Counted from the whole stretch's first letter, positions 21,161 to 32,280 are shown. The stretch: DNA of 63,624 nt, filler included, from Actinomycetota bacterium (GCA_009886115.1; 4 parts of 4 records of this genome joined end to end with filler, not necessarily neighbours in it); one strand, 5' to 3'. Made by a program: numbers and translations. The notes: generated by a model from the sequence alone, not told the origin.

Positions 21161-22338
21161 ACGTCATCGAGCTCGACCACATCGCCAAGCGCTACCGCCG
21201 TCCCGCTGGCGGGCGGACCCGCTCCCTGCGAGCCCTTGCCGAGCGCGTGGGGACCGTCGAGCACTGGGCGCTGCACGACGTCACCTTCAGCGTGGCTCGC
21301 GGCGAGAGCCTCGCCCTCATGGGCACCAACGGGAGCGGGAAATCGACGTTGCTCCGGATCATCGCCGGGACGACGCGAGCGACCAAGGGAACGGTCTCGG
21401 TACGCGGCAACGTCAGTGGCCTCCTGACCCTGGGCGACGGTCTCCAGCCGCTGTTGTCGGCCGAGGAGAACGCGATCACGGCTGCGGTGCTCTCCGGGCT
21501 GACGGTCGCCGAGGCCCGGCGACGCCTGTCCGAGATCGCCGCATTCGCCGAGCTCGCCGACGTGATGGATCAGCCGTTGCGAACGTTCAGCGACGGAATG
21601 CGGCTCCGGCTGGCCTTCGCCGTCTCGGTGCACGTCGAGCCTGAGCTGCTCCTGATCGACGAGATCCTCGCCGTCGGCGACCTCCGCTTCCAGGAACGCT
21701 GCCTCACCCATCTCGAGCACCTCCGCGACGCGGGCACGACGCTCGTCCTGGCGTCGCACATCCCGAGTCACATCGAACGGCTCTGTGGTCGAGCCGTCTG
21801 GCTGGCCGACGGTCGGGCCCGCGAGGTCGGCGACACGGCGATGGTCACCGAGCGCTATGTCGATTCGCTCCGCGTTGCCGAAACGGCGCCGCCTCCCGGG
21901 AGCCAGTCGACGATCCGGCTCGGCGACCGTCGGGTCGAGATCGCCGCGTTGCGGTTGCTCGATCGGCTCGACCAGCCGGTCACGAGCGTGACGCCGGGGT
22001 CGGGGGTCGCCGTCGAGATCGATTACGTCGCCCATGAACCCGTCGACGATCCGATCCTCGTCGTGAGCGCGCACACGGCCGAGGACGGGATCCGCTGCTT
22101 CGACCTCAACACCGACACCGACGGGGTGAGCGTCGGACGACTCGAGGGGGAGGGCCGGCTCCGGCTGGAGCTCGAGCGCCTCGACCTGGCGCACGGTCGT
22201 TACTGCCTCGATGTCGGCTTGTACTCGTCCGACTGGTCGTGTCCCCATGACTACCAGTGGGAAGCGTTGGCCTTCGAGGTCGTCGGGATCCGATCGAGCG
22301 CACCTCTCGCGCCGCCTCACCGATGGAGCGCGTCGTGA
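21157..22338 (+). CDS. wzt: Polysaccharide ABC transporter ATPase with C-terminal Wzt_C-like domain
   Basis: WALHDVTFSV, GTNGSGKST, FSDGMRLRLAFAV, LIDEILAVGD, C-terminal beta-rich domain. Confidence 0.92.
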   Translation: MNVIELDHIAKRYRRPAGGRTRSLRALAERVGTVEHWALHDVTFSVARGESLALMGTNGSGKSTLLRIIAGTTRATKGTVSVRGNVSGLLTLGDGLQPLLSAEENAITAAVLSGLTVAEARRRLSEIAAFAELADVMDQPLRTFSDGMRLRLAFAVSVHVEPELLLIDEILAVGDLRFQERCLTHLEHLRDAGTTLVLASHIPSHIERLCGRAVWLADGRAREVGDTAMVTERYVDSLRVAETAPPPGSQSTIRLGDRRVEIAALRLLDRLDQPVTSVTPGSGVAVEIDYVAHEPVDDPILVVSAHTAEDGIRCFDLNTDTDGVSVGRLEGEGRLRLELERLDLAHGRYCLDVGLYSSDWSCPHDYQWEALAFEVVGIRSSAPLAPPHRWSAS

Positions 22339-23291
22339 ACGCCGATGAGTATCCGACCACCGATGATGGCGCTGGGACTCCCGTGATACCCGTGATACCC
22401 GAGATACCCGAGATACCCATGCCCATACCCATACCCATGCCGATCCACGAATCGCTCCCGAGTGCCTCGATCATCATCAGGACCAAGAACGAGGAGCGGG
22501 GTATCGGTCCGACGTTGCGCGGCGTGTTCGACCAGACCGTCCCCCCGCACGAAGTGATCGTCATCGACTCAGGGTCGACCGACAACACGCTCGCGATCGC
22601 TCGGGGCTTTCCGATCACGCTGCTGACGCTCGATCCAGCCGAGTGGGGTTACAGCCGGGCGCTCAACCGTGCAGCGTTGCACGCCACCGGCGAGGTGCTG
22701 GTGGCGCTCTCCGGCCACTGCCCACCCGTCGACCCCGACTGGCTGAAGAACATGCTCCGCCATTTCGCCGATCCTGCGGTGGCCGCCGTATGGGGCCCGG
22801 GGCTGAGGCCCCGACGGCCCGCTCCCACCCCGGGTCCGCCGAAGCGCCAGGAGCCTGGTACCTACGACGTCGAGAACCGCATGTGGGGATACAACAACGC
22901 CAACGGGGCGGTCAGACGGTCGCTGTGGGAGCAGTTCCCGTTCGACGAGTCCCTCCCCGCGGCCGAGGACAAGGCCTGGGGCCGCGAGGCCATGGCCCGT
23001 GGCTACTGCATCGTCCATGACCCGAGGGCCGCGGTCTGGCATGAACGCCATGCGTTTGCGAGCGCCTACCGACGCAACAAGGCAGTCGCCGCTGGATTCT
23101 CGATGATGTTCCCCGAGCTCGCCGGATCGTCAGGAGTCGCCGGGCGAACCTTCGTACGTGCAGGGATGCGCGCGGCTGTGTTTCACCTCCGCCACCGCGA
23201 GTTCAGTGCGTTCTTCTACGACCTGAGCCGAATCCCGGCGACCCTGGCAGCGATCGTTGGAGGTCTGCGTGGCCGTCGACGCGCCCGCTGA
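22335..23291 (+). CDS. Glycosyltransferase family 2 (rhamnosyltransferase-like)
   Basis: SIIIRTKNEE, EVIVIDSGSTDNT, YSRALN, FPFDESLPAAED. Confidence 0.9.
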   Translation: MNADEYPTTDDGAGTPVIPVIPEIPEIPMPIPIPMPIHESLPSASIIIRTKNEERGIGPTLRGVFDQTVPPHEVIVIDSGSTDNTLAIARGFPITLLTLDPAEWGYSRALNRAALHATGEVLVALSGHCPPVDPDWLKNMLRHFADPAVAAVWGPGLRPRRPAPTPGPPKRQEPGTYDVENRMWGYNNANGAVRRSLWEQFPFDESLPAAEDKAWGREAMARGYCIVHDPRAAVWHERHAFASAYRRNKAVAAGFSMMFPELAGSSGVAGRTFVRAGMRAAVFHLRHREFSAFFYDLSRIPATLAAIVGGLRGRRRAR

Positions 23292-25918
23292 GCTCGATAC
23301 CGCGGCGGTCCCGCTCGACGCGCCCGATACTGCCCGAGCGCGGTGGGCGGGGCTCGCCGATCCGCGCCGCATCGCCATCGTGCTGGCTCTTCTCACCGTG
23401 GGGGGCGCAGCCCTGCGGCTGTACTACGCCTGGCGCTACAACGACCACCAGGTCGCCGGGCCGACCCGCCTCACGGGCGACGAGCCGGGCTACGACTACC
23501 TGGGATGGCAGCTGGCGCGGGGCCGGGCCTTCGATTACGAGGCCCAACCGCCGCTGTACCCGGCGTTCCTCGCAGTCTGCTATCTCGTCTTCGGTCATGA
23601 GTACGCGCCAGCCATGTACGCCCAGGCGATCGTCGGCGCGCTGGCGATCCCCCTCACCTACGTCGTCGCCCGGCGGCTCGTCACCAGACCCGCGGCACTG
23701 ATCGCCGCGGCGCTGGTCGCCACCCACCCGTCGCTCACCCATCACGCGGAACGGCTGTACTCGGAAGCGGTCTATGTCCCCGTGCTGTTGGTCGCGGTCT
23801 GGGCGCTCATCGCGGCCGCGCAGGATCCCGACCGCCGCGTCCGGTGGCTGGTCGCCGGCATGGCGATCAGTGTCGCCACGTTGACCCGCCCGACGACCGG
23901 CCTGTTGTTCCTCCTCGTCCCGCTGTGCCTCGCCCGAACCCGTCGCGATCGCTGGCGCACGCTCATCCCTGCCGGGCTCGGCGCCGTGGGTCTCCTCGTA
24001 CCCTGGACGATCCACAACGCTGTGCAGTACCACGAGTTCCTGCCGGTGAGCACCACGACGGCGATCCTCTGGCAGGGGAGCCCCGACTACTACCACCTGA
24101 TGGAGCAGCGCCGGCCGTACCTCGACATCTGGACCCACGAGCTCTCGGCCGCGGCGAACGGCGGTCACGATCCCACGCGCATCGACGGCGACCGGTGGTT
24201 CACCCGCAAGGCCGTGCGATCGATCGCACGCGAGCCTGATGTGTACGCGTGGTACAGCCTCAAGAAGGCGGGGTATCTCTGGATCGGCCACCCCAGCGCC
24301 GACTGGGGGTACGCACCACTCAGCGTCAGGGAGATGAGGACATACGCCGGCTGGGGCTTCATCGGGCGGGTCTTCTACTCCCGCCTGGTGTTCCCGCTCC
24401 TGGGTCTGGCCGCGATCGTCGTGCTGCGCCGCCGCGGGAAGCTCGGCGATCACCGGGCCATCCTCGTCGTCCTGGGCTATTTCACGGTCGTCTCCGCGCT
24501 CACCTACGCCGAGGCCCGCCACAGCGAGCCGCTGGTCCCACTCCTCGCCATCCTGATCGCCGGCGCGATCGATGCCCGCGGCACGAAGCAGGTGCTCGAC
24601 CCGCCCGCAGCCGACACCAACGACCAAACCGGTCCCGACGCGGTCGCAGAGGTCGCGCCACTCGTCACAGGCCGTCGAACACCCCGCCTCGGAACTGCAC
24701 TCCGAACGGCACTCCGGTCGCGGCGGCGCACCCGCCAACCACGCTCGATGCGCACGACGGCCCCAAGACTGAGCCATTCGCCGGTCGCCAAGCTCGTCGC
24801 CATCGTCGTGCTCAGCCGGATGGCGCTCCTGCTCGTCGGCTACCTCTGGGTGGCCAACCCCGACGACCCGACCGTCGAACGCGCCGGATTCACAGCCACA
24901 GCGGTTCGCGAACAGATCAACACGTTCGATTATGGCGATCCCACCTGGTACCGCGGCATCGCCGAGGACGGTTACGAGAGACGCGCCTTCACCTCCACCC
25001 CCCATGCGAACTGGGCCTTCTCACCAGCGTTCCCAGCGGTGTGGCGGGCCGTGATGGCCGTCGACGGTGGGGAACCGATCGTTGCGGCCATCCTGGCCAA
25101 CACGCTCATGTTCGGATTCGCCGTGGGCCTGGTGTTCCGCCTGCTCGCTCCTGACATCGGCGATCGAGCGGCATTCCTCACCGGCCTGCTCATGATCGCC
25201 TACCCAGCCACGCATCATGCGTCGAGGCCGGGCGCCGAGTCGCTCTTCCTCCTCGTGACCGTCGGCGCGCTGCTGGCTGCCCGTCATCGACACTGGAGCA
25301 GCGCGGCAGTCCTCGGATCAGTGGCGACGTTGACACGGCCTCACGGGATCCTGATCCTCGTGCCGCTCGTGCTCTCGCTGCTGCGAGCGCGGCGAACGGG
25401 AACGGGACGGGCTCGCGTCGTCGACTGGGCCGGTCTGGTGCTCATCCCTGTGTCGCTCGTGTCGTTCTGGGCCTACCTCCGCCATCTCACGGGCAACTTC
25501 TTCGCCGCGGTCGAGATCCAGGAGGCGTGGGACCTGCGGGTCGCGTTCCCGTACCGCAGCACGCTCGCGTTCTTCACCGATCCGACGATCGTCGACTACT
25601 TCCACCTGAACCTCACGCCGCTCAGCGTGGCGGTGATCGTCGCGGCGACCTGGGCGGCGATCGCCGGCTTCCGGAAGTTCCCCATTCCGATCCCCCCTTG
25701 CCGTCTGGGGCGCGATCAATGTGCTCGTGGTCGTGAGTCGCAGCAGCACCGAAGCCAGTCCCCGCTTGTTGTTGCCGGTGTTCCCGCTCTTCGCCGTCGC
25801 GGCGGTCGCCCTGGCCAACCGTGAGCGGGCCACGACCGCCGTCGTGGCCGCGTGCGCGACGCTCCAGGGCACGCTGTTCATTGCGTCGCTGGAAGGCATC
25901 GGCTGGGGGTGGGTCTGA
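23269..25918 (+). CDS. Fused double GT-C membrane glycosyltransferase (ArnT/PMT-like plus PIG-V-like), with a frameshift at a C6 run near 25695
   Basis: N-half GDE...PPLYPAFL...YSEA...TLTRP; C-half DPTWYRGIAEDGY...WAFSPAFP...ESLFL...TLTRPHG; GGAGG before GTG 23269; last TM helices in a shifted frame ending at 25918. Confidence 0.8.
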
Positions 25919-25978
25919 TGGAACCCCTTCTCCCGCCGCTGCGCATGACCGGGCAGCGCCGGCAGTCCCGGAAATGCG

Positions 25979-27337
25979 TTACTCGGCGGCTTCGGCGAGC
26001 GACTCGGCCAGTGCGGGGTGCACGAGCAGGGAGTCGACGATGTCGCCGACGCGCAGACGGCAGGTGACGGCCACCGCCAGCACCGAGATGAGCTCGGCGG
26101 CGTTGCGGCCCACGATCGAGCCGCCGAGCACGACGCCGGTTGCCGGATCAGACAGGATCTTCACGAAACCCCTGGGGTCTCCGGAGATCAGGGCCTTGGC
26201 ATTGGCCGAGAACGGCACCTTCGTGACCCGCAGCTTGCGGCCCTCGGCGAACGCCTCGGCTTCGCCCAGCCCCACGTCGGCGATCTCGGGCTCGGTGAAG
26301 ATGGCCGAAGCGGCGTTCTCGTAGTTGAGGTGCCGGTGTTCGAGCGTGTGCAATCCCATCACGTGCTCGGCGACCTTGCGCCCCTGGGACGCGGCGACCG
26401 ACGACAACGGCAGCTTTCCCGAGAGATCACCGGCGGCGTAGATGTGCTTCACGTTCGACTGCATGTGGTTGTTGATCGGGATGTACCCGTGCTCGTCGAC
26501 CGTCACCCCGGCGGCATCGAGTCCGAGCTCGTCGCTGTTGGGGATCGAGCCGATCGCCAGCACACAGTGTGATCCCTCGACGAAGCGGCCATCGTCGGTG
26601 CGCACCTGTACCACGTCGCCACGGCGTTCCAGCCTCTCGGCTCGGGCGCCCTTGAGCAGGCGCACACCGCGCCGTAGGAAGTCGTCCTCGAGCACCGCGG
26701 CGACCTCGGCGTCTTTTCGGGGCAGGACCTGCTGGCGGGAGACAACCAGGGTCACGGTCGAGCCGAGCGAGCTGAACATGTGGGTGAACTCGACGCCGGT
26801 CACGCCCGATCCGATCACGATGAGGTGCGACGGGATCTCCGGCGGCGGGTACGCCTGGCGCGTGGTGAGCACCCGGACACCGTCGACCGGCGCCCACGCC
26901 GGGAGCCGAGCCCGGCTCCCCGTCGCCAGCAGCACGGCGTCGGCCTTGAGCTCCTCGATACCTTCGGCGGTCTCGACGATCACCTCGTGGGGGCCCTTGA
27001 GCCGGCCCCGCCCGTGGATCATGCGCACGCCCTGCGACTCGAGCAGGGTCTCGACCGAGCGCTGGAGCCGGTGCTCGATGTCGAGGATGCGGACACGCAG
27101 GGCGTCGAGGTCGAGGCGACCATCGGCGTGGAGACCCATCCCGGCCGCTCGCCGTAGCTCGCCGAGCGCGCCGCCGGTGGCGATCATCGCCTTCGACGGC
27201 ACACAGTCGTGGAGATGGGCCGCGCCGCCGACCACCGTGTCCTCGATGAGGGTCACCTTGGCCCCCAGTCGAGCGCCGACCGTCGCCGCGGTGTTCCCCG
27301 CCGGGCCGCCTCCGATGATCACCAGGTTCACAGCCAT
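25979..27337 (-). CDS. lpdA: NAD(P)H-quinone dehydrogenase (LpdA-type flavoprotein disulfide reductase homolog)
   Basis: GGGPAG, GGAAHLHDCVPSK (single Cys), IGSGVTGVEF, YAAGD, HPALAE. Confidence 0.85.
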   Translation of the reverse strand: MAVNLVIIGGGPAGNTAATVGARLGAKVTLIEDTVVGGAAHLHDCVPSKAMIATGGALGELRRAAGMGLHADGRLDLDALRVRILDIEHRLQRSVETLLESQGVRMIHGRGRLKGPHEVIVETAEGIEELKADAVLLATGSRARLPAWAPVDGVRVLTTRQAYPPPEIPSHLIVIGSGVTGVEFTHMFSSLGSTVTLVVSRQQVLPRKDAEVAAVLEDDFLRRGVRLLKGARAERLERRGDVVQVRTDDGRFVEGSHCVLAIGSIPNSDELGLDAAGVTVDEHGYIPINNHMQSNVKHIYAAGDLSGKLPLSSVAASQGRKVAEHVMGLHTLEHRHLNYENAASAIFTEPEIADVGLGEAEAFAEGRKLRVTKVPFSANAKALISGDPRGFVKILSDPATGVVLGGSIVGRNAAELISVLAVAVTCRLRVGDIVDSLLVHPALAESLAEAAE

Positions 27338-27413
27338 GAGACAAGGCTACGCGCTCGACGAGAGCCGGGAGCCCCTGGGCCGTCGGCCGGTGACCAGCGC
27401 GTACGCTCGCGTC

Positions 27414-27881
27414 ATGCGAGTCCACGTGTGCACGACGATCGCCGCGACGCCCGAGGTGGTGTGGGCCGAAGTCGAACGGCTCGAACGCCACGTCGAGTGG
27501 ATGACCGATGCCGAGCACATCCGTTTCGTCGATGAGCAACAGAGCGGCGTCGGCACCCGCTTCGAGTGCACCACGCGTGTCTGGAAGCTCAAGCTCGAGG
27601 ACCTGATGGTCGTGACCGAGTGGGAGCCCGAGCGCTCGCTCGGCGTCGCCCACCGGGGGCTGGTGACGGGCCTCGGCCGCTTCACGCTCAAACCCCGGCG
27701 GCACGGCCAGACCCGGTTCTGCTGGGACGAGCGCCTGAGCTTCCCGTGGTGGATGGGCGGCCCGCTCGCCGGGATCGTCGCCTGGCCGATCCTGCGCTCG
27801 ATCTGGGGCCGCAACCTGGTGGCCCTCAAGCACATCGTCGAGTCGGGCCGCCCCCTCGAGCCCACCCCCGCGCCCACCTGA
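27414..27881 (+). CDS. SRPBCC/polyketide cyclase-family protein
   Basis: IAATPEVVW...WM...GVGTRF...VTEWEP pattern. Confidence 0.85.
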   Translation: MRVHVCTTIAATPEVVWAEVERLERHVEWMTDAEHIRFVDEQQSGVGTRFECTTRVWKLKLEDLMVVTEWEPERSLGVAHRGLVTGLGRFTLKPRRHGQTRFCWDERLSFPWWMGGPLAGIVAWPILRSIWGRNLVALKHIVESGRPLEPTPAPT

Positions 27882-27901
27882 TCGCCCGCCCCCACCCCTT
27901 C

Positions 27902-27952
27902 CGAAATTTGCGCGGAATTGCTCACCCCGTGCGCGTTTCCGCGCAAATTTGG
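27902..27952. repeat. 51-bp palindromic element, copy 2
   Basis: CGAAATTTGCGCGGAATTGCTCAC-CCC-GTGCGCGTTTCCGCGCAAATTTGG, between convergent genes. Confidence 0.9.
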
Positions 27953-27982
27953 GATGGGGATGGGGATGGGGGGGGTGGCCGG

Positions 27983-28762
27983 TCAGCGGCCCGTGAACGT
28001 GGCCTTGCCCGGCCCGTGCTCGAGGAACGATGCGATGCCCACGCGGGCGTCGTCGGTGTCGAACAGGCGGGTGAACTCCTCGAGCTCGAGGTCGAGCCCG
28101 GCCGAGAGGCCCAACGCCAGCCCGCCGTCGATCGTCCGCTTCGCCGCCCCGATGGCCCGGGCCGGCCCCGCTGCGAGCTGGACGGCGAGCGCCAGAGCCG
28201 CGTCGAGCACCTCGGCATCGGGGACGACGCGATCGACGAGACCGATCTCGAGGGCTTCGGCGGCCTTGAGCTGACGTCCCGTCCACACCAGGTCCTTGGC
28301 CCGGGCCGGCCCGATCAGTCGGGTGAGCCGCTGGGTTCCGCCCGCGCCGGGGATGATGCCGAGGAGGATCTCGGGTTGGCCCATCCGCGCCTTCTCGGCG
28401 CCAGCCACCCGCAGGTCGCACGCCAGGGCCAGCTCCAGGCCCCCGCCGAGGGCGAAGCCGTTGATGGCGGCGATCACCGGGACGGGCAGCGCGGCGAGGC
28501 CGTCGAGGCTGGCCCGGAAGCGCCGACCCAGGGCCCGGGCCGAGACCCGGTCGGAGAACTCGGCGATGTCGGCTCCTGCGGCGAAGGCTCGATCGTTCCC
28601 GGCGACGACGACCGCGCGGAGGTCGGCGGAGGCGTGCAACCCGTCGACGATCTCGGCCAGCTCGGTGAGCAGGGCCCCGTTCAACGGGTTGACCGGCGGC
28701 CGGTTGAGGCGCAACAGGGTGACGCCGTCAGCACGCGATTCGACCAGAACGAGCTCAGGCAT
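27983..28762 (-). CDS. Enoyl-CoA hydratase/isomerase
   Basis: LNRPPVN, FAAGADI, AINGFALGGGLELALACD, GQPEILLGIIPGAGGTQRL. Confidence 0.95.
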   Translation of the reverse strand: MPELVLVESRADGVTLLRLNRPPVNPLNGALLTELAEIVDGLHASADLRAVVVAGNDRAFAAGADIAEFSDRVSARALGRRFRASLDGLAALPVPVIAAINGFALGGGLELALACDLRVAGAEKARMGQPEILLGIIPGAGGTQRLTRLIGPARAKDLVWTGRQLKAAEALEIGLVDRVVPDAEVLDAALALAVQLAAGPARAIGAAKRTIDGGLALGLSAGLDLELEEFTRLFDTDDARVGIASFLEHGPGKATFTGR

Positions 28763-28783
28763 GGGAATCCTTCGGGGAAGTTG

Positions 28784-28816
28784 GGGACGGGACGGGACGG
28801 GACCGGACGGGACGGG
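28784..28816. repeat. (GGGAC)n microsatellite, intergenic
   Basis: About 6 copies read directly. Confidence 0.8.
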
Positions 28817-28822
28817 TGCCGC

Positions 28823-29068
28823 TCAATCTTCGGCGACGTTGACGACCTCGGTCACACCGGGGACGCGATCTTTGAGGATCCGCTCGACGCCGGCCTTCAG
28901 CGTGACCGTCGAGACGGGACAGGTTCCGCAGGCACCCACGAGCTGCACGCTCACCACACCGTCACCGTCGACGCCGAGGAACACGATGTCGCCGCCGTCG
29001 GCCTGGAGGGCCGGGCGGATGATGTCGAGGGTGTCGAGCAGGACCTTCTCGTCGACGATCATGGTCAT
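28823..29068 (-). CDS. NifU-like (Nfu) Fe-S cluster protein
   Basis: IRPALQADGGD...LVGACGTCPVSTVTLKAGVE with CxxC. Confidence 0.93.
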   Translation of the reverse strand: MTMIVDEKVLLDTLDIIRPALQADGGDIVFLGVDGDGVVSVQLVGACGTCPVSTVTLKAGVERILKDRVPGVTEVVNVAED

Positions 29069-29304
29069 GGGGCTCCGTACTCCGTGTTCGGTGTTCCGGG
29101 TTCTGTTGTTCTGGCGGGGTGCTTGCCACGGCCGCTCGGGAGCGGGTCAGGATTTCCACCATCGCCGTAGGGGAAACCTCGACAGTCTCGCGGATGTTCC
29201 CGTCCGGCCGGGAACGGGCCCTCCTCACCACTCGCTGCTCGCCGCTCGACGAACAGTGCGGCGTACCTCCTCTGGAGGGCACGACTCACTCTTGCTCGCC
29301 CCGG

Positions 29305-30564
29305 TCAGGGGGAGGTGGTCCGATGCACGTCGGCACCGAGGGAGGCCAGCTTGGCGGCCAGGTTCACGTACCCCCGGTCGACGTGGTACGGATCGTGCAC
29401 GACGGTCTCACCGTCAGCCGCCAGACCGGCCAGCACCAAGGCTGCCCCGGCGCGCACATCGAGGGCCCTGACGGGAGCGCCCGAGAGCCGGTCGACACCC
29501 CGAACGACGGCGTGACGGCCCTCGGTGTGGATGTCGGCGCCCAGGCGGAGCAACTCGTCGACGAAGCCGAACCGGCCGTCGAACACGTTCTCGGTCACGA
29601 TCGCCGTCCCTTGGGCGACAGCGAGCAGCGTCACAGCCAGCGGCATGAAGTCGGTGCCGAAGCCGGGGAACGGCAACGTGGCGATGTCGACCGCCGAGAG
29701 GCGCCCGTCGCTGCGGGCCCACAGCCCGTGCGCCGTGGGCGAGACCTTCAGGCCCATCTCCCCGAGCTTCATGACCACGAGGTCGAGGTGCTCCAGACGG
29801 GTGCCGTTGATCTCCACCTCGCCGCCGGCGATGCCGCAGGCCATGAGGAAGGTGCCCGCCTCGATCCGGTCACCGACGACCTCGTGCTCGATGGGCGTCA
29901 GCTCCGACACACCCACCACGGTGATCGTGGGACTGCCGGCGCCGAGGATCGTGGCGCCCATCCGGATGAGGAACTCGGCCAGGTCGACGATCTCGGGCTC
30001 ACGGGCCGCGTTCTCGATGATCGTCGTGCCCTCGGCCAGCACGGCGGCGGTGAGGATGTTCTCGGTGGCGCCCACGCTCGGGAAGTCGAGGACGGTGCGC
30101 GCTCCGATGAGACCCGGGGTCGTGGCTTCGATGAACCCGTGGCGGCGGACGAAGCTGGCACCCATGGCTTCGAGGCCCCGGAAGTGCATGTCGAGCTTGC
30201 GGCGGCCGATGTTGTCGCCGCCGGGAAGCGCGACCCGGGCCCGTCCGCAGCGTCCGAGCAGGGGTCCCAGCACGTTGATCGACGCCCGCATGCGGGTCAC
30301 GAGGTCGTAGGGCGCCTCGGGGACGATCTCGTCGGGCACGTCGATCAACAGCACGGCCGGCTCGGGACGGGTGACCGTGGCGCCGATGGCTTCGAGCACC
30401 TCGGCCATCACGGCGACATCGGCGATCTCGGGGACGTTGCGCAACACGGTGCGTCCCCGCGCGAGCAGCGAGGCGGCCATCTGCTTGAGCGCCGCGTTCT
30501 TGGCTCCTGAGACCGTGACCTCACCCTCGAGGGGACGGCCGGCACGGACGACGAAACGATCCAT
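29305..30564 (-). CDS. murA: UDP-N-acetylglucosamine 1-carboxyvinyltransferase
   Basis: [49 protein letters not shown]. Confidence 0.96.
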   Translation of the reverse strand: MDRFVVRAGRPLEGEVTVSGAKNAALKQMAASLLARGRTVLRNVPEIADVAVMAEVLEAIGATVTRPEPAVLLIDVPDEIVPEAPYDLVTRMRASINVLGPLLGRCGRARVALPGGDNIGRRKLDMHFRGLEAMGASFVRRHGFIEATTPGLIGARTVLDFPSVGATENILTAAVLAEGTTIIENAAREPEIVDLAEFLIRMGATILGAGSPTITVVGVSELTPIEHEVVGDRIEAGTFLMACGIAGGEVEINGTRLEHLDLVVMKLGEMGLKVSPTAHGLWARSDGRLSAVDIATLPFPGFGTDFMPLAVTLLAVAQGTAIVTENVFDGRFGFVDELLRLGADIHTEGRHAVVRGVDRLSGAPVRALDVRAGAALVLAGLAADGETVVHDPYHVDRGYVNLAAKLASLGADVHRTTSP

Positions 30565-30761
30565 ATCAGCGAGCCATCCGCACCCGAGGCGCCGTGAGCG
30601 ACCGGCGCTGCCCAGTGAGCGACACACTCGGCGATCGAAGAAAACGGAGCCTGACCATGGGGACGGCCATGGTACGGGCCCTGTGGGCGCCGCGCCGCCT
30701 TCGGGCCCCCAGACGTGTGCCCCGCAGGAGGCCCCGCAGGAGGCCCGTCCGGCTCGGCGAC

Positions 30762-31286
30762 TCAGGCGCTCGTTGGGGAATGGTCGCCCCGACGGCTCCA
30801 GTCGATGACGTCGACGACCTCGATCGGGGCTGAGAACCCCGCCAGCTTCCTGTGCCCGGCTGCGCGGTAATGCGCCGACGGCCACGCGGTGTCGGCGATC
30901 TCGCGGGTCGTGAGGATCTCGTGGGCCTTGGCCTCGTTGCACAGCCGAGCGGCCAGGTTGACGGCGTCTCCGATGTAGTCGTCGCCCTCGAGCAACAGCA
31001 CGTCGCCCCGGGTGATCCCGCCACGCAACGGCAAGGGCAGCCCCTGCTCATCGCAGCGCCGCTCGATGTCGAGCACCGCCTCGACCAGTGGCGAAGCCTC
31101 GACCGAGACCAGCATCACACCGTCGCCGAGCCACTTGTCGATGCGCACCGCGAAGTCGGACGCCACCTGACGCACGATCGCCCGGAACTCCACCAACACC
31201 CGAACCGCCTCGGCATCGCCGCTGGCGTGCGTGAACGCGGTGAACCCGCACAGGTCGAGAAACGCGAAGCTCCGGTCGGTGCGCAC
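30762..31286 (-). CDS. Stand-alone class III adenylate/guanylate cyclase domain protein
   Basis: [29 protein letters not shown]. Confidence 0.9.
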   Translation of the reverse strand: MRTDRSFAFLDLCGFTAFTHASGDAEAVRVLVEFRAIVRQVASDFAVRIDKWLGDGVMLVSVEASPLVEAVLDIERRCDEQGLPLPLRGGITRGDVLLLEGDDYIGDAVNLAARLCNEAKAHEILTTREIADTAWPSAHYRAAGHRKLAGFSAPIEVVDVIDWSRRGDHSPTSA

Positions 31287-31557
31287 GTCCCCAGTCTGAC
31301 CGATCCACGCCCCGGTCCGTGCCAATTCTCGATGACGGTCGCCCTACGAGAATCTGAACGACCCTGGGCGAAACGTCGGTGGTTCCCATACGATCCGAGT
31401 TCCCGACGCTGGATCCCATGAGATCCCGGGCGGATTCGACGACCGACGACAGCACCATGGCCGCGAGTCGCAACCCCACCAACACCCGATCACCGAGCCG
31501 TCAGCCCGGCGGACGATGTCGATGCCGAGACAGCACGCTCGCTCGGCTCATCCACGC

Positions 31558-32280
31558 TCACGTCAGCTCGCGCACCCAGGCGGCCACGACGGTGCCGGCG
31601 GCGGCCAACACGTCGGCGGTGGTGCGGCCCGTCTCCTTGCGCCACGAGGCGAGGGGGGCGAAGCCGTGGTCGGCCGACTCGAGCCAGTGGTGGGTGACGG
31701 GGCCGGGGATGGCCTGGGTTCGGGCCATCAGCTCCTCGGCCGGGGCCAGAGCATCACGGGTACCGGTGACGAACAGGGTCGGTAACAACAGGCGCGGGAA
31801 GTGCTCGTCTCGCACCACCTCGGGCTTGCCCGCGGGGTGCAGCGGATAACCCAGGAGCACCAGACCCAAGGCGGACAAGGGATCGGCGACATCGGCCACC
31901 GCCATCGAGCACATCCGCCCTCCCATCGATCGCCCGCCCACGACGATCTGCTCGGGCCCGAGGCCCGTCAACTCCCCGAGCGCGGCCACGCCATCTCGCA
32001 CGGCCTGAAGCAGCACCGGCGCCCGGTCGGGAGCCTTGCGGCCGGCGGCCCGGTAGGGGAAGTCGATCCGCAGCGACGCCACCCCGGCCTCGGCCAGCGC
32101 GGCCGCGACGGCGAGCAGCGGTGCCGCGTCCTTCCCCGTCCCCGCGCCGTGGGTGAGGAGCACGGCCCGGTCGGCCCGCGCCCGGGCTTCAGTCCCGGAG
32201 CCTGCGCCCGCCCCCGTACCGACGCCGGGGGAGGCTGGGCCCGAGGCCGGCGTGAATCCGCCAGACAGGTCGGTCGTCAA
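31558..32280 (-). CDS. Alpha/beta hydrolase family protein; start uncertain
   Basis: THGAG, GGRSMGGR nucleophile elbow, GYPLHPAG, GTRD, ADH; TTG at 32280 overlaps the upstream stop. Confidence 0.85.
   Translation of the reverse strand: MTTDLSGGFTPASGPASPGVGTGAGAGSGTEARARADRAVLLTHGAGTGKDAAPLLAVAAALAEAGVASLRIDFPYRAAGRKAPDRAPVLLQAVRDGVAALGELTGLGPEQIVVGGRSMGGRMCSMAVADVADPLSALGLVLLGYPLHPAGKPEVVRDEHFPRLLLPTLFVTGTRDALAPAEELMARTQAIPGPVTHHWLESADHGFAPLASWRKETGRTTADVLAAAGTVVAAWVRELT

Noticed and set aside
25979..27337. Missing first redox Cys in a lipoamide-dehydrogenase-like protein
   Set aside because: Known feature of the actinobacterial LpdA quinone reductase subfamily; not a defect and not novel
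29172..29200. Possible Rrf2/IscR-like site upstream of the nfu gene
   Set aside because: Symmetry is too weak to support without comparative data
31330..31555. Intergenic stretch as an ncRNA or gene remnant
   Set aside because: No recognisable RNA structure or protein motif
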